Shown: positions 36,822 to 50,600 of the stretch, in pieces
Numbering within the stretch: the first letter of the stretch is position 1
Layout: the number at the start of each line of letters is the position of its first letter
NCBI GenBank assembly: GCA_020536535.1
Contig: JAHLWZ010000526.1
Location: 1-64,000, forward strand
DNA length: 64,000 bases
Origin: Pelomyxa schiedti
Lineage: Eukaryota > Protista > Evosea
Direction: 5' to 3'
Notes under the pieces: model-generated
Database searches by the model: none
What the model was told of the DNA's origin: nothing
What the model saw: only the letters and a program-made list of their open reading frames with translations
Program-made: the position numbers and the translations under genes

Positions 36822-39094
36822 ATGCTCTGGGACATGGGGAGATCTGATCTGCTAAATGAACGTGTAGGATGATCATTGATGCTTTCTGTCAAGCACAGAC
36901 AAGGAAAAAGTTGAAAATCCAACCGTTCAAAGAACCGCGGTGCACAAAGCGCCCTGGTTTTGCTGTTGTTGTATTTAATAGTTCCCTTTCTCTCAACGGA
37001 GAGAAAACTCTCAGATAGCCATAACATGAGGGCTTATGTAGTGTGCAAATGTATTTCCTCACACCTTGTGCACTTTTTTTTTCCCCCTATGTCTTTTGAA
37101 TGCCTCCCTCTTCTTACGTTGCATAGTGGAGAACACGTTGCGAGGATTCAAGGAAAAGAACCTGAATCCGTACACTCTAAAGTTCCGTGACTCAGCCACT
37201 GAGCTGGAGTACATTCACTTCGTTTTGGTTGATTGCTTTGCAGCACAACTGCTTTTCATGATTGTCACTGTGGTGTCAGCTGCCTTATTTGCTGCTGCCG
37301 ATGTAATTTTTTTCTGTGCCCATATTTACCTCAAATTTCCCAAACCTAGACTTATTCATTTTTACAAGGTATTATACTATGTGTCAAAGGAGGACCTCGG
37401 GGCGTTTATATATCTTATTTCCACGAGAGTTTGTTTTATATTTGCCCCTTCTTTGGTAAGCCACCCTATTTTTTTGCAGTCTTCTAAACCTCGCAAACAA
37501 CACAGGCCTTACTCATTGCCATTCTACTTTTCAGAAGATGGAAATCTAAAAGATATTGGATCCTTCTCTGGGGAAGTGTTATTACTACATCTTCAATAAT
37601 TGCTGGATTCATTTGGCATGATGTAATCCGCAGTGCCGGTGCCCTTGGTTAGTTTATTCCCCAAAGAATAGACAATATTTAACATTCAGTCTTATTTTAA
37701 TTCAGGGTTCAATACTCTACTCTTTTTTTTCGGTGTTGATGGACCTCTTACAGTTATCATTCCTCAAAGAATAGACATCATTTAACGTTTCCCCAAGGTT
37801 GTGGGTCTTCTCCCTTTTCTCCACGCAGTTGCAGTCAACATATTGGGTCTTGTCTTGTTTAATGCCATCGAGTCTTGGCAGAGTTATTCGAATACAGACT
37901 ATCTTTTTACGGCCAATTTGGTGTGGATTTCCACTATAGCAAATGGCTTCCTGGCTGTATATTTCGTCGACATGGAGATGAGATCAAAGTACTACCTTCT
38001 GAGAAAGCTAGTCGCAGATAGATGGCCAGGATTAAACAAGGCAGAGAGGTAAGAAGCTTTCGAGAGAAGGAGAAAACCAAAAAAAAAAAAAAGGATGAAC
38101 TCAAGTGCTGTTAAATCCTGTTGGGAAGATCAACCAATGACGCTTGATGAACCGGACTTCTATGACAAAGTCAAGAAATGCAAGTTTGTATGTTACCAAG
38201 GTCCTTTCCATTCTCTTACAACAAGAAGATATGGACCTCTGGTATTGAAAAGAGGAAAATAATTGGATGGTTTAGAGACCCAAAACTGGAACGGAACTTT
38301 CAAATTAGATGCAACATGGAATATTTATGTTGATTTTTTTCCTGCTGTTATACTCCTCACATGATTGCAGGGCCAATGAGATTATTCTGTATCATGGAAA
38401 TTATAATTCAATTGACAACAACCATTCAAGACTGGCTGCTGTACCCCAATAAAATTCTTATGCTTGTAGCTTCCAGGCTGGCTCTTGTTCTTGCCTGCAT
38501 TTCCTTTTTTTGTGTCACACTGAAAAAGATTCTCTGGCCTTACTATCATGTAAATCTCCTTATTCTCTCGTTTTTTTTGTAATTTTTTCAACAAAAACAG
38601 TTTTGTTCCATAATTTTCATTTTACTCTTTGCTGGTGCGGCGTTATTTGCCATAGTGATAATAGACGATATCGATCCCCTGAAACACAGGCCTTACTTCA
38701 CATCTCTACTGAGGTTAGTCGTTGGTGGTTTTTTATTTCGGCTCCAAAACTTGACACACAATGACAGACTTGTCATTTTTTCCTTCGGTGTCCTCCGGCT
38801 GCAAACTGTCTTCACAGCCTTGACCGTACTTGTCGTTTTGGTCGCTTCTTGTATCACACTGCTTCTATATGGCTATCCCGCATCCAAAATGACTTCGGAC
38901 CTTCTTTATGCCCTGACATTCTTCTTCGTGGGCCTTATTTTTAGTCAGTACAGGTATCCTCCCCATTTTCCGATTTTTCTGACCATCTTCACAGAGAGCA
39001 TGGAATGAGGGAGAAGTATTTGCTCTCTTTCACACTCGAGAATTCCGTAATCGAACTTGCTGCCGCCTCTCCTTCTCCCAACAGCCTCCCTTGA
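36822..39094 (+). CDS. Multi-pass membrane protein with two adenylyl-cyclase-type TM modules and no cyclase domain
   Basis: Two units, each opening with an LxFxDxxLExxY/F-like motif (NPYTLKFRDSATELEY; GWFRDPKLERNF) and closing with a YxxExxxRxxYL-like motif (YFVDMEMRSKYYLL; YREHGMREKYLL), with hydrophobic helices between. Start uncertain. Confidence 0.6.
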
Positions 39095-39243
39095 AATCAG
39101 GGGTGCTCTTGTATTTGTTGTACACTTAAATGGTGTAAATGGTACTGTTTGAGACAAACAACCAAACAAAAATTTTTGAGAAAAGACCTTTTTTTTTTTA
39201 AATTACTTCCATTCCTGTAAGTAGCACACACAGCCCAGTACTC

Positions 39244-42200
39244 TCACCATTTGCTTGCCGTGTCTCTGCGACGGTAGAAATAGAGGTATCCCATGTGCTT
39301 TGGTGGTTCCTCAGAGATAGCCACCTTGTTGTCATTGAATAGAACCCACTTCCTGCCATTGGCATCCTTTTTCAGAATGTGGGCAACATAGTGTCCGCTC
39401 TGAGTGGATGGTCCCATGTGACTAATAAAGCCAAACAGATCATATACCGCGGGGTCTTGGTTAGTGCGCCTGTGGACGGAGGATGAAGAGGATGGTGCTG
39501 CCTAATTTGTTTCGTTAGATGGGCTTGGTTGGTGTTTTCAAGGCTTACTGGGGATGTGGCACTTGGAGTTGGCACTACAAGGGAATCCAACATATCAGTA
39601 TGGGAAAACAGCCAGTCCGCTGCACGCTCAACAGAATTTCCAGTTTGGCTAAGAGCAAAGCTTGCTTGAGTCTTGGTGAAGCCCATTCCCACAAGCAGCT
39701 CTACATTTTCACCGTCAACTGCCATTGAAGAAGGCGCCCTGTGTTACACTTAAAAGAGAAATCTGAGAGAGTGGAGCTAACGCTGGGGCAGCGGGTAGAG
39801 GGGTGTCGATGTCAGGGTCATCAGAATGGGCAAACAGCCAATCCATAGCTTGGTCAATATTGCCAGACATCACAGAAGCACGTTCAGCCCTCACTTTTGG
39901 CACCCCCATGCTCTCAAGAGTTGCTACTGTTACTGGGTCTGGTCGCTTTTGTGTCGCAGCAGCAGGCTTGGTGGTGCCCTCTGGTATCAATTAAGATTAG
40001 AAGGGAACTTGGGAAAGAAATACTTGAAGGTGGGGAATCTGGCATTACTGTCTCGGTGGGCTGGAACCCCTTAGCTCTTAGGGGTTCTAAGTCAAGAACG
40101 TCTGGCATAGCAACGTCGGCCTCCAGCTTTCGGGGCGCGTACGTAGCTTCATCCATTATGAATCTACGTAACTGTAGAACCAGGACTTCAGGGAAGGAAG
40201 CAAGTCGTACAGTCTTGTTTGCTGCGGTGCGCGCATCGATAGCTTCAAATGGTGAAAAAGAAACTCAAATAGATAGATTGTAACACACCAGTACTGTAGA
40301 ATCCGTCAATCACCTCAGGTGCTACGAGCCTCTCTAAAACGGACTCAAACTTCACAATGGCGCGAACAGGTGTTGGTTGGGGAGGTAGAGGGATCTCGGT
40401 AGTAGCAGGGATGTTAACAGAGCCTGACGCAGCAGCTGCGTCCACAAGTGCTTTAAGGAGATTTTTCTGTTGCTCATAGAGTTGCTTGTCTTGCTTCCAT
40501 TGCTTTAATGCTTTCTCGTATTGACGGAACTGTGTGAAACGTGAATAGTGAGGAATTTGTGTAAAATATACCTCTTCCACATTTACAGCAGCCTCGACGG
40601 GAATTGAACAAGACAATACATTATCATTCCTGTAGGTATATCGAACCGTGTGGGATTGGCTGCATTCCAATCTCTCCTCGAAGTCAAACTGCAGGGCTTT
40701 CGAGGGATCACCCAATTTCTGCGAGTATTAGCCTTCTTCATCTAATGCAGTAAAGAGTCAACCTTGGGTCTGTCAGACCTCTCTACCATTTGCAGTAATA
40801 GTTGCATCAACTCCAAGGCATCTTGTTGGTGATTTGTGGAGAACTCGCGATTTTCGCGGCCAACAACAGCCTGTGGAAGAGTTAACAGGATAATATTGGA
40901 AACTTGTCGAAACCTTCAGTGAACGTGGAGGTATGCCGTCTTGTAGAGTTCCTGGTTTTGGAGCAGGTGAAGGGGCTGCTGCCGTAGTTCCAGACGTGGC
41001 AGACTTCGGCGGAAGAGAAGGAACGGAGTACCTTCCAGACAACATGGCGCGACCGAGTTTAGCCTGCACATTGTCAGTAAACAAAATCAGTGGAATCCAC
41101 CAACCATTTGACAGGCGAAGTCATTGGACGGGTCTGCTGGCGCTTCTTTCCAAATTCTGTCAGCAATGAGGGAATATCGATGCTGGAAATGTGGAATGGT
41201 AAACAGAATTTGCATCACCGAGGAAAGGTAGCAGCTATTTCCGAGATTTTTAAGTCCTAGAGGGGTTTGTTGGTTGCCTCACAGTGGGAAGGGATATGAG
41301 GGCATAAAACCTGTGAGACCAGGCCCAAATACTGGAACAAGTGGTTTGTCAGATTCCGTTATTTTGCTCCATTCAAATTTCTAGGGAGAAGTTAAACTGC
41401 AGCAAGTTTTTCTTTCTCGAACCTCATTTTGGTCTAACTCTAGTTCAGCTAATGTTTTATCAGTTTTGGTAAGGCTTCTTCTATCCAGTCCGAAGTGCTG
41501 CAGATGTTTGTCAAGCAAAGGATCTAAAACCATCGCTACATAAAAGGTAAGTAAGCATCATGGTGAGGAAGTTATTGTACTGTCTTCAGCATAGGAATAA
41601 ACTTCCGCAGACTCAGCTGTTAAAGTGCCAATTTTTACAGCAAGAGGGTAGTGCGTTGAAGAATAGTGATCAGCAGCGTGACCATTTCCAAGCCCAAGAT
41701 TATTGGATCTTCCACAGTGTATGCCACCATCACTCAGATTCAACCATAAGTTTGCTGGAGAACTTAGAGAAAAGAGGGGCACAAAGAAACGTACACGTGA
41801 ACGTGCAACCAGGGTGTTGGCACCTCCATCCTGTAGGAGGCACAACCACCCCATTGTTCAGTTGTGGGAGGTTAGCAGCAAATTTGCTTGGTTGAACTTG
41901 ATCATCTGCCACCCAAGCCTGTTGAATAGTTATTCCCTTGAGAAATGTTGCCTAGTCTAATAAAGCACCTTTATTTGCTCGTTCTTCTCAGCGGATTCAG
42001 CGGCAAGAATAGCAGCAATGGCAACTTGTAGCTTATCGGGCAACTCTAAGTTGGGAAGAGGCAGAGCTGATCCCGTTGGGAGACGGACTATAGCAGTTGT
42101 GGTATCAAATTCATACTGTTCGCCTTCAGTAGCAAACCCGCCATCAACACCTACGAATAGAATAAAATCTGGACTAAGATACGGAAAGACACACCTATTC

Positions 42201-42586
42201 CGAGAACCGTGGGTCGTGCGGCTGTGGAGGTTGCTTCAGTTGGTTTGAGTTTCTTCACCGTCTTGATATTGAGATACAAGGAGTGAGAAGTCTTTTCCCT
42301 AGGCAAATACAATTAGATTCCTTCCAGAATTTGTTTCACGATTACCAATGGAGGTCCATGTGATCTCTGCCAAAGCACAAACAGCACCTCAAGCACACGT
42401 ATATTCCCTCCAGCGAAAAAGGAGTATCAAAACTGTACATGCACTCTTCTTTGTGAACACTGGGACATGTCCCTTCGAAAAAAAAAAAAAAAAAACCCAA
42501 ATGTCAATCAATGAAAGGTAATCACGAGAATTAACCATACCGGAGAAGACGTTCTCTTCAATATCGGCATGCGAAAACCGGAGCAT
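39244..42586 (-). CDS. USP5: Ubiquitin C-terminal hydrolase 5/13 (isopeptidase T, Ubp14)
   Basis: N-terminal [13 protein letters not shown], Zn[18 protein letters not shown]...GNGHAADHY, Cys box GLTG|[15 protein letters not shown], two UBA domains (LESMG...AMDWLFAH; LVGMGF...AADWLFSH), His box GHYVAHI. Confidence 0.93.
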
Positions 42587-42818
42587 GTCGGCACACCTAA
42601 CCCAACTTCTTTTTAAATAAATTTCAAGGTAAGATGCTTTTTCGCCATCAAACTCCTGAACGGTCGCCTCTGGCACATTCCTCACTGCAGGGGACACCTT
42701 CTCAGCTTGGGAAACCACTTCCCCCTCATTCCAGAGAGCCAAGGAGTCCACAGCTCTCCAGCTGAGGGCCCCAAGTTGGTTCACTCAGAAACTATCAGAG
42801 CCAATCCCTGCTTTTCTG

Positions 42819-43061
42819 ATGACGGCGCAGTCGCTGCGTGGCGTGCTTGTGACGTGCAAGGACGCGGCCATGAAGCTGTACGTGAGGCAGCTGTGCGACC
42901 GCGGCGGGTTCACCAGCGAGCCCTTCGACGACACCCACACGTTCATATACACCAAGACCCCTGACCAGTCAGCCCAGGTCATCGCCTATCTGTCTCAAAA
43001 CATCGACGAAATGAGGGCCGACAACAGCGGCTCGAGCGGAGGCCAACTCGAGGGCGAATAG
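42819..43061 (+). CDS. TFB5: TFIIH p8 subunit (TFB5/GTF2H5)
   Basis: 80-aa intronless ORF with GVLVTCKDAAMKLYV and FDDTHTFI, matching the family pattern GVLxxCDxAMKxF...DDTHxF. Confidence 0.75.
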   Translation: MTAQSLRGVLVTCKDAAMKLYVRQLCDRGGFTSEPFDDTHTFIYTKTPDQSAQVIAYLSQNIDEMRADNSGSSGGQLEGE

Positions 43062-43305
43062 CACAAGGAGGCCACGGCACCTATTGACAATCCCACCAAA
43101 AAATCGCCACTAGTGGAAAAGTGCATTTGGCAGAAGATATGACGGGATGATTGACTGTTGGGTCATTCAGCTTTGTTGCCAGAGCCAAAGGCAGCTGTAA
43201 AGAAAAAAACAAAAGAAACTGGACATGTGATTTGAATGTGTCTTAGTGGCAATTAAGAGAAGGCTTGTTTCTCTTTTTGTTGGTAGTTGTGTGTTTGGTG
43301 CGGAG

Positions 43306-46300
43306 TTAGGAGTCTGTGCCATCGCAGTTGGCCATATCTATAGCAAATTGTTTATATAAGTTTGGTTGTGACAGTGTATTGTGCTGAAACATTTGTCTGT
43401 ATATAACCAGAGGAAGGAATTTTGCCTCTTCCAACTGGGCTACGTCCACCCCAGGCGCAGGGGGCAGAGTTAGAATGATGGAAGACGACGCGGCTGCTGT
43501 TACACCGTGTGATACCGCGGGAGCGGTATTACTTGTTGTGCCTCCAGTGGATTTAGATAGGTGGCCAGAAAGGGCCGCTTCTGGGAAGTTTACAAGGAAT
43601 TTGAATCTGTGTGCTGCATGACTGTAGTTCATTTGTTAGGGAAGGAAGAGAGATATGGGTCAACCATTTGGCCGAGGAATCGGGGACAATGAAACCGGGG
43701 ATCTTTGATAATATGCTATTGCGAAATCCAGGGCTTAAATGTTTGGCAGGTACTATGCACTCTTGTGCAAACTCCTTTGTTACAACAAACAGGCCGCGAT
43801 TAATGTATTGTAAGAAGACATGAGGAGGAAGACAACGGAAGCCAGTAGTGATGAACAAAGTATGGAACCCCTATCCACAGTAAGCTCTGGAGAAAGAATA
43901 CTAAGAAATACTTTTGGAAATGGGAAGCACAAATCTTCCATAGCAATGTAGAAGTGATGAAGGATCTGTTTCCAGATTTAATACAGACACGAATAACTTG
44001 CGATTTACTTGGAATAATGAAGGGTCAGTCATTAAACGAGATTGCACTAAGTTTTTGATAGTTTCAAACATTTCCGTTGTGAAGGAGATCTTGTTATTGT
44101 TAAATACAGTACATTTAAGATACGAAATACATTGTCTTCTCTAAAAGCGGTAATTATAGGATGTAAGCTTCTTTCACTATCTTTCACACCATATCCTACA
44201 AGGTGGCTGGTCATCTCACCTTTAAAAACTGTTGAAGGAAGTGCACAGCATTGATATTCTTCCTCAGAGGCACATGTAACCACAGGTTCCACTGCGAAGG
44301 GTGAGATAGAAATGGTGGTGGAGGACATACTTGTCTTTTTAGGAGGACCAAACAAAAATCGGAAAAAACTGACATCTTGGTCGGACTGTAAAGCAATGGT
44401 TGGCAGTGTAAACATTGACGCCGGGAATGAACTTGGGTTTTGTTTTAATCCAAACGTAACATGGTTCTGGAAAAAAAGTTATAGGATTCTGCAAAAGCAC
44501 AATTTTGACTCACTTCTTTAGAAAGTTTTGCTTTGTGAGGATCAAGGGATTGTACTGTGGCATTAAGGAGTGTCTTGTGCATCTAGGAAAGGGTTTATTT
44601 CAAGATAAATAATGCCAAGTTGCACACCTGAGAAGACTCCAGAAATTTTAGGGTACTTGCTGGAAAATATTGCAGTACTTGTGCTGATGCCGGTCCAGCA
44701 AGGACCTGTCTGAAGCACCTCCCTTTTGCAGAAACGATAAGATAACTAAAATTCTATTTTTCCCCAAACCTAGAAGATATTCCTTAAGCAAATCTGGTGT
44801 TAGTTTCCCAGCATTGCTGCTCAGGAGTCTGGTAATCAACTTTTGAGGGATCAGATGATAGATTGAAGTGAAGTGAGTTTACAGTTCGAGCAGTGCCCAT
44901 GTCGGCCTCTCCATTTTTTAGGTGCACACACACAAGGTGGAGTATTTGGCACATGAAAACCTCTGAGTCACTTTGTTCAAACATCTTGTTTGTTATGGGA
45001 ATTTGTTCTTTATTGTTAGAAAGGAACCTTTAGTAAGTGACCCTTATCCCAACTGAAATCATAAACAACTCCAGAGTTACAGTCCAAGAAGTAGGAATCA
45101 GCTGTGAACTCTATTACTTTTTTTGGATGTGTGATAATTGTACATTTGGTTCCCGGAATAATCAAATGCAACGGGACGATTATCTGTGGTTGTGTTGCTG
45201 AGGTCGACTTGCGAAGTGACATTCCAACATGCACTGGGCATGCATCTTCTCCAAATACGGAAGGGCCAGCACAGATGACATGTGTATCACTTAAGTCAAA
45301 TAAGTGGATCACATGGCCTGGTAGCCAAACCACGAGATATCCCTCAATAGAGGAAAATAAGACGTGGACTTCCTGTTGCATGATCAATGCATGCAGTTAG
45401 GCTATAAGGGTGATACCTCAGGTGTTATCGTTGAAGAAGGCCGGAGTGACGTGAGATTGATAGAAAAGTCCAGCCGCTTTTTTATCCCATTAAAGACAAT
45501 TATAGTGATTGGAAGGACAGGTGGGTCCTCTCTGACTTGATGCTGTATGCATAAACATGTGATGGGACGAGATCGTGCCTCAGATGCCTGCAGAGTTGCG
45601 AGTTAGACAAGGAGAAAGGGATTGGGGCTATTAGAACCACATAAGAAAAAAATGAAGGCACACCGGTAGAGAAACCACAGTTGCATGGGTAACAGCTTGT
45701 GGAATGGGCCTCCCCAACTCAAATGGAATAGGAAAAGTGAGCTGACAGGGAGACAATACAGTTGGTAAGTCTACTATGTGGTTCCATGCTTGACTCCATT
45801 GGCCTCTGCTAAAGACCCAGCACGAGAGAAGTTGAGCTTGCTGATACGGTAAATTACTTGAACTGGAGGAACTTACAACCCCTGGGGCATTTGAAGATTG
45901 CGTAGCTGCGCCGTTACTAGAGGCAGGACCATTGGACAGTACGCCAGTGGAGAGGGGAGGGCTAGTCGAAAGTGTGGGTCGTTCATCAGGCAGTGATGTT
46001 ACTGTATAAATACACTGGCGCTCTACGTCCAGTTGTGCCCATATGTAGTCTGGAGCAATTTGGTCAAGTTTTTCTGGTTTTTCTACCAGAATCTACGAAG
46101 TTTAATGCTGGGGAGGAGTAGTGATAGCTATACCATAGAACTTATGGTTTTATCTTGGTTATGTTGAACTTTGTATCGCACCCGATAAAATTTGATTGCT
46201 TCACTTTCTACAAAAAAGAGAAACGTTGAATCCACTTGATTTCTTGCTAACGGTTTATCAGCCACGAACTGCATTACGTTAGTCAAGAGCACATGGCAGA

Positions 46301-47498
46301 GTAAATTAAGAAACTGACTTGAACTTGAAGATAAAGGTCGTGAGCGAGAAGGGTGTGATGTTTCCCTAACGGGCAATTCTCATACAGAAAGGATGTCCAC
46401 TTTACACCTTATGGAAAGGTTTATTTAAAAAAGTTTTGAAGGAGCAAACCCTCTTTTCGTTGTTTTCTAACAGTGACAGCTGATAAGGAGTAAGAACTTG
46501 CCAAAAGTGGGAAAATACGGGAATACCAAAGAGTGAGTGAGAGTCATTGATTGAAGCGTTGACAATATCCATTTCTTCCTCCCACACAGCTAGCTTTGTG
46601 CATACGCGACTGCCCACTTTGTGCACATTCAGAAAGGTCCTTTTACTCATGCGACCAATGCCTGGCATTGGTCCTGTATTAGCAACCGGAGCCTCACTGG
46701 TACATAGCGGTGTCTTTAAAAAGAGTGTAAGTAATCACAAGGTACAAAAAATGATAGCACGAGAGTAAAAGCAGAAACCACCTGTGTCGGTGAGGCCTGC
46801 ACAACAGGCGTTTGCCCATCAGCGCCATTACTCGGCGGGTGAGGTGCTGGGGTTGTAGGCGGCCCAGAGAGCACAGCACCGCCCCCAATCAAGGAGCCTA
46901 AATGCGGGTGCTGGTACGCGTGAGAAGGGTGCGAGTGTGCCAGCATTCCAGAGCCCCCGAACGACAAGCCCAGCGACGACGCCACTTGCGGGGGCGATGT
47001 GTCCATCGCCCCGCCGCGATCTGCGTGCGCAACTCCGCGCCCGGGAACCGCCACCGGCGTAGATGACGACAAAGAAGAGGGCGTAGTCGCCGACGCGTGT
47101 CGCGTGTGGCACGCCGCCGGTTGCGGCTGAGATTGCTGCGGTTGAGATTGCTGCGGAATGACGGGTATGTTGAGATGTACAGCAAACAGTATGTCGCCAG
47201 ATTTCTCCTGCCCCACCAACGTTATTCTCATCATTTGTTTGTTGAACCCTCCCGTGCTCGCGTTGGCCGACGCGCTCGACGGCTGAATTGTGGCATTAGT
47301 TCCCGGTTGTTGTTGAGGTGGTTGTGGTGGCTGCGGTGGTTGCTGCGTTTGTTGCTGGGCCGGGCTCAGCAATTGTGGGAGCTGCGACGATGTCTGCTGT
47401 GCCCCCGGTTGTACACACAACATTGTGGGAGGCAACTGCTCCGGTGGCAGCAGAAGCGCCAACTTGTTCACATCAAACACTTCGCTTATGTTCAACAT
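43306..47498 (-). CDS. GSAP: Gamma-secretase-activating protein (GSAP/pigeon) homolog
   Basis: N-terminal ITLVGQEKSGDILF and WEEEMDIVNASINDSHSLF. C-terminal GFHTLFITTGFRCLPPHVFLQYINRGLFVVT matches the GSAP-16K motif. Likely start MLNISEVFD at 47498. Confidence 0.78.
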
Positions 47499-47670
47499 TT
47501 TTTGTTTTTTTTTTTGTTTTATGGACCGCTGTCTTCTTGTCCACCACCAGATTGACAAAAGGCGAAGTTTCGGAAAAAAAAAATAATAAAAAGATTCGGT
47601 GGTAGAAAAGGGAGATCTGGGGTGTTTGGGGATTAGCAACCAGGGGTCGTAAACCAGCGACGAGATATCA

Positions 47671-50600
47671 TCACGAACGTTTGTTTCCAATCTGGTCTTG
47701 GCCTTCTTCCTGGTCCTCCTCCTCTTCCTCCTCGTCATCATCTTCGCCCTGTTCCTCCTCCTCCTCTTCCTCATCCTCTTCTTCTCCATTGTCATTGCCG
47801 TTGCCGTTGCCATTGTCGTTGTCGTCTCCTTCATCTCCTTCATCATGGGTTTCCTGAGTCGTGGCTTGCTTGAGGGCCTGATTAAGGCCTTCAAGGATTG
47901 ACTGGGCATAGTCCTCAGACAGATGGTACTTGTCGGCAAACTCGTGTACTGTGTTGGCCATGGATCGCCCCTGTTGGTTGTAAAGGTGTGTGAGAGCAGA
48001 ACTATTATTATCTGCCAGGTAGTTTATATTTATATTTATTTATCGGGGCAATTCAGAGTGATGATTTTTTTTTTGCATACTTGGTATATTTTAAGGGATA
48101 CAGTTTGGCCAGTAGCAATATCAATATTAACTACCATCATCACATCTTCGCCGTTATCGGCTTCCTCTGTTGGTGGAAAACGTAAGTATTATTGTTGTGA
48201 GGGATAATAACAAAAATGACGCCAGAACCAATCATACTAATAAACATAACTATATAAAATCATCACATAAACATGTAACCCACAACAAACCTGAGGGTTT
48301 ATGTGGAACTGCTACTGCTGAGGACTCTGCTGTGGGTGTGACTGCGGTTGTTGTTGTGGACGTGGATGTGGATGTTGGTTCTGGTGTGGGTGTGGGTGCA
48401 GCTGTGGCTGCTGTGGATACTTGAGGTTGCTTTGATGCTACTGCTGCTGTATCCTGCTCCACACCAGCGTTTTGTTTCTTCGGTACTTCCGAACTTAGTT
48501 GAGGTTGGTCAGATTTTACTTGTTGCTCTGTTTGCGGTTGTGTTTGCGTTTGAGACTGTGCCTGCGGTTCTGGCTGTGTCTGTGCTAGTGCAGGTGTTTG
48601 GTCTCCCTGTTGTACTGCCTGGGGTTGGGTGTGTTGTTCCAGTTGTGGTGTGGAAGGAGTAGAAACTTGCTTGCGAGTTATTTGATAAGAGACCTTTGCA
48701 GAACTTCGGGTGGTGCTGGGTTTATTATCTTGTGCATTTGCTTGAATTGGAGCCTGGGTTTGTGAAGAACTTGGCTGAGATGCTTGTGAGAGCTGCTCTA
48801 AGTACGCCTCTGGTTGAAGTACAGCCCCACGGAATTTGTTCTTTGGTTCTCTGATAGCCGGAAGCGTGGAGGGACGAACAGTAGGTTCTACTCTTGTGGT
48901 ACTTGCTTGGGGAATTTCGGCCTTTGTTATTGATATCTTATGGACAGGTCCACTGCTGAAGTATGGTTGTGAAGAGACCTGTGGTACAGGGGAGGTTCGT
49001 TGCTTGCTACGAGGATTTTTTTGAGGGTATTGAAACTGCTGACCGTATATAGGTTGTGAGTACTGAACCTGTTGAGGTTGATACTGAGGAAAGGACTGAT
49101 CGGGATACTGAGGTATCATATAAGGATCATAGCTTTGATTCTGAGATGGATAGTAAGGAATTCGAAAGACTGTATTTACAAGAAAAACAAACTGGGTAGT
49201 TATTGTCTTGCTCCACTAAGATATCTTCTTCCTCAATTTCCTTTGTTGAAATGTCAACAGGAAGGCAAACATTTCAAAGCCATACCAAAATGATTCCTCC
49301 ATCATAGTGTTGTTGCCCTCGGCCTCTCTTTACAGGTCCTTGCTGCGCTGTTGGTTGCCCCTGGGTACGGCTGGATTGAGTACGGGCTGAATCATAGTCT
49401 TGTGACCTTGTAGGAATTTGTTCAGGTTGTTTCTTTGTGACTACCACAGAATAAGGCTGTTGAGCAACTTGTTGTTGGGTAACATAAGAACTTTGCTCTG
49501 GCTGCCTTGGAACTTGTTGGACTGCCTGAGGTTGGTATTGTTGGAACTGCTGGTGCTGGGAAACCTGCTGAGCTTCGTGCTGTTGTATATTCTGCTGATT
49601 GTGGTACTGTTGTCGTTGGTACGGTTGTCGTTGCTGTTGGACATATTGCTGCTGGTGGTACTGTCTCTGAAAGGCGGGCTGTTGTGTCATCCTTTGCTGC
49701 TGTTCGTACTGCTGCGGGTACTGTGCGTACTGCTGTGGGTATTGCTGCTGAGAATACTGCTGTTGCTGCAACTGTTGGTGTGGTTGTACCTGAGCCTGCA
49801 GCTGAGGCTGCGACTGTGCCTGCGTCTGCATTTGGGTCTGCGGCTGTGCTTGCACCTGCTGCTCCTGCGGCGGCAGGGAGTACTGCTGGCGCCCAGCCTG
49901 CGGTAGGCTGGCGCGAGTCTGCGCGGTAGGAAGCGGCCTCCTCCCCATAGGCCCGGCCTCGGCGGGGTCGTAGTCGCCGCCGTCCTCCTGGCCCTCCTCC
50001 TCCTCCCCCCCCTCCCCCTGCTCGGCGTCCTCCTCGTCGCCCTCCTGCTGGGTGCTGTACATCACCACAGACTCTGGCAGGTCGTTGGCGGGGACCATGC
50101 GCCTCACGCCGGCACCTCCCCGGGCGCCTAGGTAGCGCCTCCCCGCGCCCACTCTGGCGTCGTCGGAGCCTCCTCCCCCCACAGAGCCACTGCTAGCACC
50201 ACCACCACCACCACCGCTGCTGCCTCGGCCGTCGTCACGCGGGGCGCCTCTCCCGCTCCCGCCCCCTTGTAGGCCAGAGTAGTTCTGTCTCTGGTACTCC
50301 GGGTCAAAAGAGCGCCTCACCGAATGCGCCTGGCTCCGATAGGACAACGTCTCCCTCTCGAAGCTCGACTGCATTTGTTGTTGTTGTTGTTGCTGCTGCT
50401 GCTGCTGCTGAGGTTGTTGCATCTGCGTCTGCTGCTGCTGGCGCCTGTTGCCTCCAAATTGCTGCTTTCTCCTCGGGAGCCCGCGGCCCTCCATCATCGG
50501 GAACTCCTCGTGCTGCTGCTGCCTCTGCTGCTGGGGCTGCGTATGGTTCTGCTGCCTCTGCTGCTGGTGCGGCGGGGGGGCGGAGCGGCCGCCGTACTGC

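Noticed and set aside
38954-38994. Possible U12-type intron (donor GTATCCTC)
   Set aside because: The donor deviates from GTATCCTT and there is no TCCTTAAC-type branch site; compatible with an ordinary U2 intron.
47671-47961. Stand-alone 96-aa acidic protein
   Set aside because: An acceptor (caaccaacag) just upstream joins it in frame to the Q-rich gene, so it is better read as a terminal exon.
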